A stretch of 64,000 bases of DNA from Microbotryum violaceum. Its lineage: Eukaryota. This document shows positions 49,886 through 64,000 of this stretch, piece after piece. Made by a program: the position numbers and the translations under genes. The stretch lies in the NCBI GenBank assembly GCA_001244265.2, contig CDLV01000021.1, positions 62,001 through 126,000 of the forward strand, read 5' to 3'. The first letter of the stretch is position 1. Every line of letters begins with the position of its first letter. The notes beneath the pieces were generated by a model. That model was not told the DNA's origin and did not search any database. It worked only from the letters and a program-made list of their open reading frames with translations.

Positions 49886-51035
49886 GAAGAGGAGTTGGGG
49901 ATGTTTCTTGTTATATGTTTCATATCTTGCATGCTTTCGTCTTCTTCTTTTTTGTACTTTTCAAGACGGAAACTCGGACGGGAATAGGCTTAGTGTATAT
50001 GCAACTAGTTGTACTTGTTCCTCTTCCGCGCCGTCCGATACAAACCCAGATAGTCGGGATCAGTACAATCGTCGCACCTCTTTACAAAGGCTAACCCATA
50101 CGTTTTCTCCAACTTCCAAAGCTTTGCAAGTCCGAGTTGGTTTTGATAAGGCACGAACGCTCGTTCGCCATCATTCCGCCCAAAACATCGGGGATTCAAA
50201 GCCCTCGCTCGATGCTCATGAGATGATCGGCATCCGAGTCATAACCATCGACACTGGCAGTTTTGCCAGCTGGACGCCAAATCACCACGCAGCTGCTCTT
50301 TTTCTAGGGTTTGAGACTGGAGTGGGCTCATGACGTTTGCGTCGCACAGAAGCTTCAATATAGACTAGGGCAACGGACAGATGGTATATTCAGGGGCAAT
50401 CTTTTCAGGGGGCTGGGAGCACCCCTGAGGCCACCGGGGCCGTTGAACTTCGATCGAATCATGGAATCTGAGCTTATTAACGCACCCCTGTCGGGGTCCT
50501 TGAACCTCGGACTAAAATCCCACTCTTCTGGAGCTTGGAATCGACAGCAAAGGGCGAGTCGATATGTATCATATCTGCCTTTGAATAAAACTAGGTGGAA
50601 TTCAGGAATCTCTCTCGAGAGGCGCAGGGCGTAGCTACTACTAACCGCCTCTCGGTTCACATACTCGACGCGGGCTTTATGCTCAGCACAGTCAAGAACG
50701 AGCTGTACGCTTGCACATATCATTCGTCACCATCCCCGTGGCAATCCGGGATTCTCAACCCGCTTGAGCCTCGTAAACTTTGCAGGGTCGCGAACGGAAG
50801 CGTCAATTGATGCCTCATGACGCGTGCGAAAACATTGACCAGTCGGATCGGCCCACTGCATCTCGCTCGAGCGGGATAAGATTCTCAACGATTTGCAGAG
50901 CGAGATCGTCCGAAACGAGACCATTCAGCATCGCACTTACTCTGAGCATAACGTCCGTATCCCGTTCTTCCAGGTGTCATAAATTGGGATGACTCTGTTT
51001 TCTGCAGAGATCGTTTTGGGCTTTCGCCGCTCCCG

Positions 51036-51896
51036 AAGTCGAGCCAGACGTGGAAGTCGAGCTGCATGTCGAAGCTGAAGGGCCGATGCGGAAGCCGAAG
51101 CCACAGCCGAGAAAAGAAGAGTGGATTTGGACAGGACCACTGCACAACAAGAACCGCGTAGTTATCTTGCCATCGGAAAACCGACCAGGTCCACAGTACT
51201 TTTGCTTTCGTTCAGCCAACCTACGTCCAAGACTATTTCTGCTTCACCAGCACGAGGCCATGCTTATCCAGCTCCGCGACCTTGAGTGTGTATCGTAGGA
51301 ACAATATCACAGACCAGAGGCGACCAATGAAGTCACGAATACCCAAGGGATGCGGTTTGAGCCCGGCGGAGTCCGCTGCGGCAATATGCCAATCTTCCGT
51401 CGTAGGTCGGAGTGCAGAGTACACATGCCACTATGTGTGTCACGAGTGAACCAAGAGCTGTATGTCTTTGGCTGACAGTAATTGTGTGTTTTTGACGTCG
51501 TACAGCTCAGACTCTGTCTGAATCATCGGCCAACTTGGACGGTGCGCGGTCCGGGTTGCGTGGGAAACGTCGACGATGATGAACTTCGGGGATTCGGATC
51601 AATCGGAACATGGAGCTCAGTTGTGGTCCACGCTGTCTTCACTCTCCTCAGCCCAACATGGGGCACGGGTCACTAGTACCAACGCCTGTCGCTGATTGTG
51701 AGGTAACAGTCCGGTTTCAGCCGAACCGGGGAGCTGTACCGGCTCTCCTATAGGCTATTGGCTTTCAACAGCCACGCGCGTGCGCGATGTTTCGGCTACC
51801 TCGTCCAACAAAATCTCAGAAGGGCGTCATTTCCAGGTTGGGACCGTTCGATTTTTAAACAAAACCTTTGGGTCTAACGAGCTTCAGGGAGTGACA
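51036..51896 (-). pseudogene. Decayed coding relic, paralogous to 15971-16872; probably extends leftwards towards about 50000
   Basis: Colinear nucleotide similarity to the 16-kb copy. Short minus-strand ORFs (51233-51424, 50727-50924, 50355-50723) are separated by stops. Confidence 0.6.
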
Positions 51897-53337
51897 GCTT
51901 TGGCATACGCCGATGTCTGGTAAGCCAGTCCGATAACCCAACGCATAAGGCCGAGAACTCGTGGTTTTATCTCCTGTCCGACGCCGTCAGGCTTCCGTTG
52001 GCCTATCAAGTTCCCAGGGCTCATCTCGGGCGACCCCCGTAGCTTGATCGATAGGGTGGCCTGCGACGCGCGCGATGTAAGGCCCCTGGATATATTCAGA
52101 CTCTAAAGCGGCCGCCACTCACGCGCACTCACGAGCCACGGCGCCGCCGGGCACCACACCCGCTCCACCCCGCAAAAAGGGCCACCACAGCTCACCGGTC
52201 TTGCGAAGGGTCCTTTCATCAGGAGGTCCGTTTACTTGGCTTCTGCCTCCTCTGGCACAACGACTTCCCGTCCGCACTGCACCGCCCTCCGGCTCCATCT
52301 TCCGTCTTCGACTCGGTGACGTGCGACGCCGACACCGAGCTGCCCTCGAGGCGTCCAGATCGATAAAGCACCGATTCATCGCGCAATTCACGGCTCAGCG
52401 CTCAGCGCCCAGCGGCTCAGCCCACGGAATCTAATCAGAACCCAAACATCCGGCCCGACTCGATAGTAGTCATTCGCACGCATATCAACGCTCGGAAACT
52501 GGACTGTCGACTTCGCGACCATAGCTTCACCTAGCTCCGACTTTGGCCTCGGCTGCTGTGTGGTTTCACCCCTCTCACACCGCCATCAGTCGTGGGTTGT
52601 TTTTCTTCTCTCGGCTCTTTCGTCAAGATTGGAGCTCGACGAGCGGTTCATGTGCTGACATCCTCGTGTTGCAGTCGACGAGAGTTGGAACCGAACCGGG
52701 GTCAAGACCGCTCCGCGTTCGCTCTCAATCTGCGTTTCCGAGCACAAACCCTCTTGATCAGTTCGGTCAACGGCACCTGCTCCGACTCGACCTGGCGTGT
52801 ACATAAGAGGTTTTTAGGAGCGAGCCCCATCATATCTCGACCTGCCCGTGCGAGTTCGGATCCCCGAATGAGACCTTTCATTATCCGCATCCCAGTCAGT
52901 AATCTCTCCTCTCTCTTGCTTGCGGCCCTCCGTGTCTGCTCGCATACGCTCGACTTCCAAGAGGTGGGTATCCACCGAATTTGCCGGAACTGCAATTCTG
53001 GCCAGAGCATAGGGTGCCATCAAGAAAATTCGAGGTGGGACCCTACATTTTCGCCGGATTCCTCGAACGACATCAGCCCGCCTCCACGAGATGCTGAGCC
53101 AAAGACCATCTTCTCCGAACTCGGCGAGGGCGGACCGAGACGAAAGCCGACCGTCGATTTTTGGGGGAGCTGTTTCGATTCGAATAAAAAAGCGACTCAA
53201 GTCGCTCGACGGAAATTCTGATTGCAATCCACGACGAAGCGGGCTGCATGCGATTAACGGCTCCGAGCCAATTTGTCACGAGGCACTGAAGGTGCAGCCG
53301 ACCGGTAATCCGCGCCGCAAAGCACAGGCGCGTGTGG

Positions 53338-56300
53338 ATGCATGTGCGCGGGCTCCCGGGCAAAGCTTGTGTGCGGCAGTGTGCGGCGGTCGCAGTCCTC
53401 CCCACAACCTCCCGACTCGGCCATCCGGCATCTTTCGTTGGGACAACCGCTGTCCAAAGACGGCCGCGTCGCTCCACGACGTCGCGTACCTCTTTCGACC
53501 AAGTTTTGCCCGTTCCAGTCGCGGCGGGTAGTCTCTACTCGACGCCGCCTCTGAGCGGGCTCAATTTGAACCAGCCGATTGATGCCGCCGCCTTGGCCCA
53601 GCAACTCACCCTGCTCGCGGCGAACCTCGACCTTCCGAGCTCATTACTGAACCGCGATGACTACTCTTCATCCACTTTTGATGCACTTCCATCGCGGCTA
53701 CAACAGGACTTTGATTGCACGACTCTGATATCCGACAAGCGGCAACACAAACCGTTTGGCCCCGGCTCGACGACGACCGCGTCGCCGCCAAGGGAGCACC
53801 AAGTCGAGCACCTCAAGGCGACCTGGAACGCTTGCACGGCCAAACTTGCGAAGGTGCTAGAGCCAGTGAGTGCGCTTTCGCACGTGACCGTCTTGCTCCA
53901 CTCTGTCTTGCTTGCGACTACCGCCGCCCTCGATTTTATTCGAACCCTCGACCGGCGATCGAAGGCACGCGCGCTTGCCCGAGCCGAAACGGAATTCGAG
54001 CCCTGTCTCACCTCGCGGCGTCACGGGCGACGGCGAGTCGGCCACAGGGGGAGCTGTCAAAACAAGCGGAATCTTCTCGCCAGAGACCACTAGCAACCGT
54101 CGCCACCACTACAACCGTGACTGTTCGAGCCTTTTTGGATTGGTTATGGTACCGGCACCGCGCTGCACCATTGCCTCCCTTTTCGGCTGCGGGAATCGGC
54201 TTACTTCATTGCCTCCAGGGGCCCGATGTGCTGCAGTTCCGGCCGACGCTAGTGGGCATTCCCCGCATCGCGTCGATCGGCCCGCCGCCCAACTTAGCAC
54301 AGCTCGAGGGGCGGTCTTCCCAGCTTCTTGAGTTGATTTGATGGCATCAAGGACTTGCACGCGTTACCATTCACTTTTTATTCTGTGCCATGAGCTAATT
54401 TCGCTCTCCTCGTTCCTGTTCCACAGGGCTCTCGCCTCGAGAACTTGACCTGGCGACGGTGGAACATGGAGCGTCTGGCCGGCAACGGCGATGGCATCGA
54501 CCATTGCACGACCGGCAGCCCAAGTGACAAGACCAACAATTATTTCGGGACAGCGGAACAGCAGACAAACCGATCGACGTACCCTATGCCACCACCCGGC
54601 CTGAATCAGCGTTTCGACTTTGTCAAGGCCAAGGAAGAATCGCTGGCGCTTGATAGCCTTTTGGGTCTTTCTTCGGCCCCATCCTTGCGATCAACTCCTA
54701 CTACTTCGGTACCACCTCCAACTTCAATGCCACAATCGCAGCAGCAGAAGCAAAAGCAACACCAGCAGCAACACCAGCAGCAACACCAGCAGCAGCAGCA
54801 AAGCTTTCATCGGCATACGTCTCTCCCCTTGCATTCTCCTCAACCTCATCGCGCCTTCCAGCCGATGGACTGGACCTCCCAAAACCTCGAGCCGCCGCCA
54901 GCGCCGAGCCGCATCGCACTTGCCACGCCGTCTTGGACCGCACTGTTCCCTTCGTCGGCACCGCCGCCGGCATCGACCACTTTTGCCCCCTTCTCCCCCT
55001 CAGCCCAACCGCGAGCCCAGGTGAGCGAACCGCCCTCTTCGAACGCGCTCTCGGGACCGAACTCGGGTTCGGCGTCGCCGTATCCCTTCCAACTCCCATC
55101 GGCCGGCTTGTTCACGCTACCGCCCGCAACGACCATGTACGATGGCGTCAATTCTGCCCTCGCGTCCTCTTCCGGTGGGCCTCCGGCGTTCTACTCGTCC
55201 TACGGATTGTATCAGCCCATCTCGGGGCCTTATGCACGCTTTCTTACCCCGAGTCCCGAACCCTCCGTCTTGGGCGATTTCGAGCTTGACCTTGAACTTG
55301 CGAGTGGTGGCTCGGGCAATGGAGTCGACGTGGGCAAGGATGGTGGTGTCCGCGATGGCTCGAACTCGATCTGGAACGGGACTAAGCCTGGATCCGCTTC
55401 GAACGGAACAGGTCCTTCCCCGGCGGGCGCCTCGGTGACGGGAAGCGATCTGCTAGAGCAGATGTCCTCGATGTCGGGACCGTCGAGATCAGGGATGCTC
55501 GGCAGAACCGATTCGTTTGAGTCGAGTACACTGCAGGACCACCCGCCGAGACCGCCGACGCTGGCGTTGTTTTCGGGACTTTCGACCCTGGCAGGTGCCG
55601 CGACATCCTCGGCCGCTCTGGGCGTGTTGGATCAGCCGTCTGGCGAGGATCCTTTCCAACAACTTCAGCGCCACATGCAGGACTACGCGTTCCCCGTCGA
55701 CGATGCGACTGCGGCAACGATGAGCGCTTGGCCGGCCACGATCGAGAAGGAGGAGAAAGAGTCCGTGCTGCCCTCTGGCTCGCTTGCGCTCAGTTCGCAG
55801 CTAGGATTGACCAAGTCGGGCAAGCCGCGGAAGCCGCGGAAACCGCGAGCGCCCAAGGCCAAAACCGGCGATGCGTCCGTTCTAACCGATGCGTCAACCA
55901 TAGCCGCTTCAACTTCGATGGGTCCCAGCCCAGAACAAGCCTCGACCTCTGCTTCAACGTCCGCCGTCTCAATGCCACCGCCTCAAATCGCAACACCGAA
56001 TCCTGGTGCGGCGGGCAACTCGCTCGAGACATCTCTCGAAGAAGTCGCCTCCACGTCATCCGAAGCAGGCCCTTTGCGTACTGCGGGCAAGAAGAACCGC
56101 AACCCTCACTCGACCCAATTACCAACCAACGGCGTGCGCAAAATCGTCAAACCCGAAGCGGAAGAGGGACACGCTGGACCAATATGTACTCACTGCAGCA
56201 GCATTGTCACGCCGCTGTGGCGCCGAGGCCCCGATGACGAGCTCTTGTGCAACGCGTGTGGACTGTACCAGAAGCTGCACGGCAAGTCGAGGCCCAAGGC

Positions 56301-57097
56301 GTTCGCAAAGCAACCGACGAGCTCGAAGCGAACCTCAAATTCGGCGGCCGCACAAGCCGCTGCTTCGGGTGTACCTCCCAGTTGCTACAATTGTGCCGCA
56401 ATGAGCACACCGATGTGGCGCAAGGACCAGGACGGTAATTTATGTTGCAATGCCTGTAGCCTGTATTGTGAGTTGGGTCATCGCAAGGTTCCATAACCGA
56501 GTCTCGACAACTGAGTTTGCGCCTCTTTTTTCTGCAGACAAACTGCACAGCGTTGTTCGACCTCCCTCACTGGCCCACAAGCGCAAATCGACAGTTGACG
56601 GCCATCCTGCTGGAGCAAAGACAATCCCCTCCACTCAACGCAACTCTATCGATCAATCTCACCCCACCTCGCGCCAAACCTCGCCGAGTGCTTCCCCGCG
56701 CATCAACTCGGCACATGCTCTACCGTCACTGGCAGCTGCAGCTGCGGCAGCCGCAGCCGCAGCCGCCGCCACCGCGCCATCGCCAAGTGCCGATCCCCCA
56801 CAAGTGAACCAGTCGTGGGAGTTTGACGTTTCTGCAGTCGCCCCTCCGATGACCCAGTCCCCCCATTTCGCTAATCCAAATCTGCCCACCCTCGACAACA
56901 ATCAAAGCTCGATGGGCATGGGTGCCAACTTCTCACTCCCAGTGACGAGCTACTCGGGCTTCAGTTGGCGAGCCATCACTCCTGATGAAGGCTACTCGAA
57001 TCCCGGCTCGAGGGCACCCAGTCCAGAGCCTAGGAAGAGGCTGAGGTACGATGGCGTCGCTAGGGATGAAGGATGTCAACCGCAGGTCGACGGATGA
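53338..57097 (+). CDS. GATA transcription factor with N-terminal DUF1752-type motif and two C-X2-C-X17-C-X2-C zinc fingers (start codon uncertain)
   Basis: Intron 53866-54426 joins [31 protein letters not shown]. Fingers are [28 protein letters not shown] and [32 protein letters not shown]. Confidence 0.9.
54739..54801 (+). repeat. Coding polyQ/H microsatellite (caacaccagcag x3 within a CAG/CAA run)
   Basis: Encodes [21 protein letters not shown]. Confidence 0.9.
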
Positions 57098-58025
57098 ATG
57101 AGCGCCGCGCCACTGTCTCGGCCCTGGAGGCTCGCGAGATAAGTTGTAACAAGTATGCAGGTTTGTAAGGCAGGAAAAACCCCTAAACTTAAAGTTGTAT
57201 AAATTAGTTGTAATGTGGGTTTCTGTTCTCGTGTCTTGATACCCACCCCAACTCTTTGCTCTATCTCCTTACTTGATCCGCTGTGTGCTTCGGGTGTACC
57301 GTGCTCGCTTCTTTACCGGTGTTCAAGTTGCTGCTGTCTGTCTGGATAACCACGACTTTCTTCGCTTCTTTATCGTTATACATGAATTCAAACGTGCTTC
57401 AAACGGGAATTGTTTGAATGTGAAGGGCAAGACGAGCAACTCGCAGAGCCAAAAAATTACTGCAGGAGAGCACTCGGGACAGTCGGACCGAGCGCACCGT
57501 TCTTCGGCAACGGCGTGCAAGCGCCTCCTGGGCCGCACACGCTCCTGGAACGATACGGAAGGCCGTGGGGAGTTGCAGGGATTGGCCTCGAGTCAAGTCC
57601 GTTGGAGAAGGCTGTGCCGCCCTTCTCAACATCAAGACGAAGTTACGCGCGATACGCGATACGGATAATTGTCACCGAATGCTCTACACGTCTGATCCAT
57701 CTTTGGCGTTGGACACCGGCGCTTTTGAATGTAAGGGGATGCCTTACAGGAACAGCCCCATGAGTAGCCTCTGAGTAGCTAGAGCTGTCGAGTTCTAGGT
57801 ACCACTTGCTTTTAGTCTAGCGGTCAAGAACGACAGCTTGTGTTTTATGCACATCAGAGGCGCATATCTTACATTGAGGGGTCGCCGCGTCTTTCTGTTT
57901 TGATCGATTCACCCGCGGTCCCGAGTCGCTGTTATTGCGAGAGCAACGTACTACGCACGTTTACCTTTTCCCTTCTACCCTCCCACTGCTACCCTTGACG
58001 TCCGACACTCTATCCGATCCGCACC

Positions 58026-60761
<2,736 letters not shown>

Positions 60762-60953
60762 AAAGAGACCTGGCGGTATATACCGTTTCGGTGGTGACCC
60801 TGCCTTATTTCCAAATTCTTTTCGACTTTACCAAGCAAAACGAATTTGAAGCACAGACACATAGGCTAGATTGCAATTGCACATTAAACAAAGCGGAACC
60901 CCATTTCCACAACACTACTTCCGAAGAGTCAAGCGACATCCCCCCACCCCACC

Positions 60954-63900
60954 TCAGGCCTCGACAACAATCGCGACATCAAAGACACCTGTACCGCTGA
61001 CGGGGGCCTTGCCGAGCACAATGTTGGCCGACGGTGTTCCGAGGTCGTCAAAGTCACCGAGCAGGGCCGCCTCGGCGACAAAGTTGGCGGTCGTCTCAAA
61101 CGATGCCTTCAGGAAGGGACTCGAGTTGTTACTGAGACCGGTACGGTTGAACGGCTTGTACTGACCCTCCGAGGTCATGTAGTCGGCGATGATGGTCAAG
61201 TGTCGGTAATCGACGCCGATACCGTAAACGGAGAAGACGCCCGACATTTCCTTGATGATGGACGTGCGAGCCGCCTCGACGCCGTACGTGCGCAGAATTG
61301 CGCCAATGTCGTTGGTGTAGATGTTGTTGAGGTGGACGACGTTGTGGCCAAAGCTCCACGTCGCACGGAGGTTCACACCTTCGGTCATGCAGTTGCGCTG
61401 GGCCGCGTCCTTGGACGCTGCCGCTTTGGCGACGAAGCATCGTGAGATGCCCGGGATCTCGTGGATGACCGTTTGACGGCAGACGCCCTCCACGATACCG
61501 ACGAGCAGCAGCTTGTGGGCGCGAGACGAGAACTGTAGAATGAACCAGACGATCAAGATCGGAGCTCTGAACGTAGTATGGGCCACAATTGGGACCTACC
61601 TCGAGCTCCAATTCGCACCAGCCTCCATTGACCTTGTCGAAGGTGACCCTATCGACGAACCGACTCTGGTCAGCGGCCTTGCGTTCGAGCGCGCCGAGGC
61701 GCTGCAGTCGAGCGGCCTTGCCGAGTTTATTCGGTCGAAGCACATCGCCGTCCTCCGCCTCTGGTTCGGATTCGGAGCTCTCGGGCGATGAGTCGTCGCT
61801 GTCGCTTTTGAACGCAGCCTCGAGCGCGTCCTCGTCCATCGCGATCTCGCCGTCGACTTCGATCGGTTCCTTCTTGGAAGCCTTCTTGGACGACTTTTTG
61901 GCCTTCTTCTTTGACTTCGTCTCTTCCTCCTCTTGGGTATCGTCATCGTCGTCTTCGTACTCTTGCTCGTCGTTCATCCTCTTGCCCCGCTTGGCGTCGT
62001 CGGCATCGGCGTCTTCGCCATCTTCCTCCTCGGCACCACTTCGTTCCCGATAAGGTGCCGGGAGCTCCTCGTCACCTGCGGCGTCGCCCTCGTTCTCGTC
62101 GCCCTCGGTCCGCGCTCGACCTCCCGCCTTGTTGACCTTGGTCCCCTTGCCTAGGCTGGAAGCCTGACTCTTATTCTCCCTGTCATTCTGCTTGACCTCC
62201 TTCAAGATGGCCTTGTCCAAGAGGTACACGAACTGTCGTTCGATACACGCCAAGATCTGCTCGGCTTCGATCGCATGCTCCTTCTCGTAGTCCTCGCGAG
62301 GGAACAGATCCAAACGAATCGTGTAGAGCTTCTGCCGCGAATGGTTGTTCGCCTCCGTCTTGGCCGAAAGGGTTTCGCGCACCGTGACTTCGTCGACGAC
62401 CTGAGACAGCGTCAACCTCGTCGAGTCTTGGCAGAACGTAGCGAGGTTTGCTTCGGAGACGTTCGCGAGGATGGGTAACTGCATCGTCGGCGTCCTGATG
62501 TTTTGAGAAGCGGTCATGACGATTTCCCTCAATCGAGGGATACCGAGCGTGACGTTGGCCGCACCGTGGCCGGCGAAATGGAACGTGTTAAGCGTCATCT
62601 GCGTCGAAGGCTCGCCGACACCTTGCGAGGCCATCAACCCGACCGCTTCTCCCGGTTCGACCAAAGAACGCATGTACCGCATGTACATCAACGAGCGGAA
62701 GTGCGCGAGGTCCATCAGTTCGTCCGTGCGCACGAAAGCGGGCCAGTCCGCGCGATGCTTCTTCTTGGTTCGGAGCAGGCGCTGCGGGTTCGTCTTGATG
62801 TAGTTCTCTATTGCGGCGGCGTAGGTCTCGGAAATGGAGCCGAGATGAGTCGAAGGCGAGAGCCTTGATAGGACGGGCGGGACGCGATCAGGGTGCTTGA
62901 GCGCCTCCTTTGATGGCCCTTCCCCGAGGTCGACGACGCGGTCCAAGACCTCTTTAGGCGAATAACGCTGCACGAGCGAGGCCGTATTCCGAACCGTGAA
63001 CTCGATCTGGTGCAGGTGCTTCTGCTTCGTCACGTCCAGCCCGTCCTCACCGTATTGGAACTGCAGGATAGACTGATCGGAATTGCGCACGGTGTGGTCG
63101 TAGTGTACCCTCAACCCTTCAAGATGCTTGATCAAGCAACGTTGGAGATACCCCGAACGACTCGTTTTGACGGCCGTATCGATCAAACCTTCTCGACCAG
63201 CCATGCAATGGAAGTAGTACTCCTGGGGTCGAATACCCGTCAAGAAGCGACCGGCAACAAAGCCACCCGCGCGTGGTGCGGTCTCGAACGGTTTAAACGA
63301 AGGCAACGTCTTTCCACTGACCATCGTCGGCACGCGTCGACCTTCCAACGACTGTTGGCCCAAGAGGCACGAGATCTGCGAAGCGTTGACGTTGGACCCT
63401 TTGGCTCCCGAAACGGTCATCGTTTGCATGTGGTTGTGCGGGAACGGCTTAATCAATCCGCCGGGGAGACAGGTTTTGATCAACGAGGTCGTGACCCCGT
63501 TCGTTTCACCTTCGACGGTCGCGTCCAAGCCTGCGAGCTTGTAGTCGTCGCGCAGCACTTCCTCCAATCGATCGCGCAGATCATCGGCGGTCGCGGGATC
63601 CGATCGATCGGCTTCAGCAAGCCCGACGTAGTCCAACGCTGCTCTCAAACCTTTGGCGTTGACGGTCTGCAGCATTTTGCGTCGGTCCGCATTCCCCTGC
63701 GGCGTCAGGAGTAGATCGTCCATTCGGCAGGTGAAGGCCCTCGACTGCAAGAACTTGGTCAAGACCCTTGACAAAATGGAGAGCAATTTGCCCGCGATCG
63801 TCGCACCGTAGAGCTCGTACACCGAATGAACGAGACCATAAGGCGAAGCACCAATTTGAGCCTTGTCGAGTATGCCGCAGATGAGTTCACCGTCGACAAA

Positions 63901-64000
63901 GACAACCTGTTCTTCCGTGACATGCGCAGGACCCCACATCGAACCGGGAACTTTGGCCTTGCAGGTAAAGTTGATGCCCGCCGCATGCCGAGGCTTGATG
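60954..64000 (-). CDS. RPA190: RNA polymerase I largest subunit, 3' part (5' end lies outside the window)
   Basis: SGAKGSNVN, GIRPQEYYFHCMAGREGLIDTAVKTSRSGYLQRCLIKHLEGL, GEPSTQMTLNTFHFAGHG (Pol I type), acidic expander insert and RHLTIIADYMT. Confidence 0.97.

Noticed and set aside
53866..54426. TPP riboswitch in the long GATA intron (KAR2 introns also checked)
   Set aside because: No CTGAGA-type aptamer core was found by eye, and the genes are unrelated to thiamine.
57240..57780. Short ORFs between the GATA and GH13 genes
   Set aside because: No recognisable motifs or consistent splice model on either strand.
61200..63714. Plus-strand ORFs overlapping RPA190 (and similar ones over other long exons)
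   Set aside because: Shadow ORFs expected in GC-rich coding DNA.

Overview
Eukaryotic, intron-rich, GC-rich fungal genomic DNA. Splice signals and gene content suggest a basidiomycete yeast, probably Pucciniomycotina/Microbotryomycetes (inference). About 18 spliced or single-exon genes can be reconstructed by hand, in order: a ubinuclein/HPC2-like 3' end, a Zn2Cys6 transcription factor, BiP/KAR2, TGS1, an apparently damaged etherase-like GST, an aldo-keto reductase (AKR), a GCP4-like gamma-tubulin complex subunit, an O-fucosyltransferase-like gene, a GT2+GT4 fusion glycosyltransferase, HIS6, an HSL-type lipase/esterase, a large disordered protein, mitochondrial EF-Ts, NAF1, a CreB/USP12-46-type deubiquitinase, a DUF1752 + two-finger GATA factor, a GH13 alpha-glucosidase and the 3' part of RPA190. 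The main non-genic structures are a near-perfect 254-bp inverted duplication of the AKR promoter, two dispersed decayed paralogous segments (16 kb and 51 kb), a transposon-like relic with 54-bp phased motifs abutting HIS6, and clustered UPRE-like motifs at KAR2. The best candidate for an undescribed system is the convergent glycosyltransferase pair. No tRNA, rRNA or CRISPR array was seen. All gene models are manual and unverified by RNA data or database searches.
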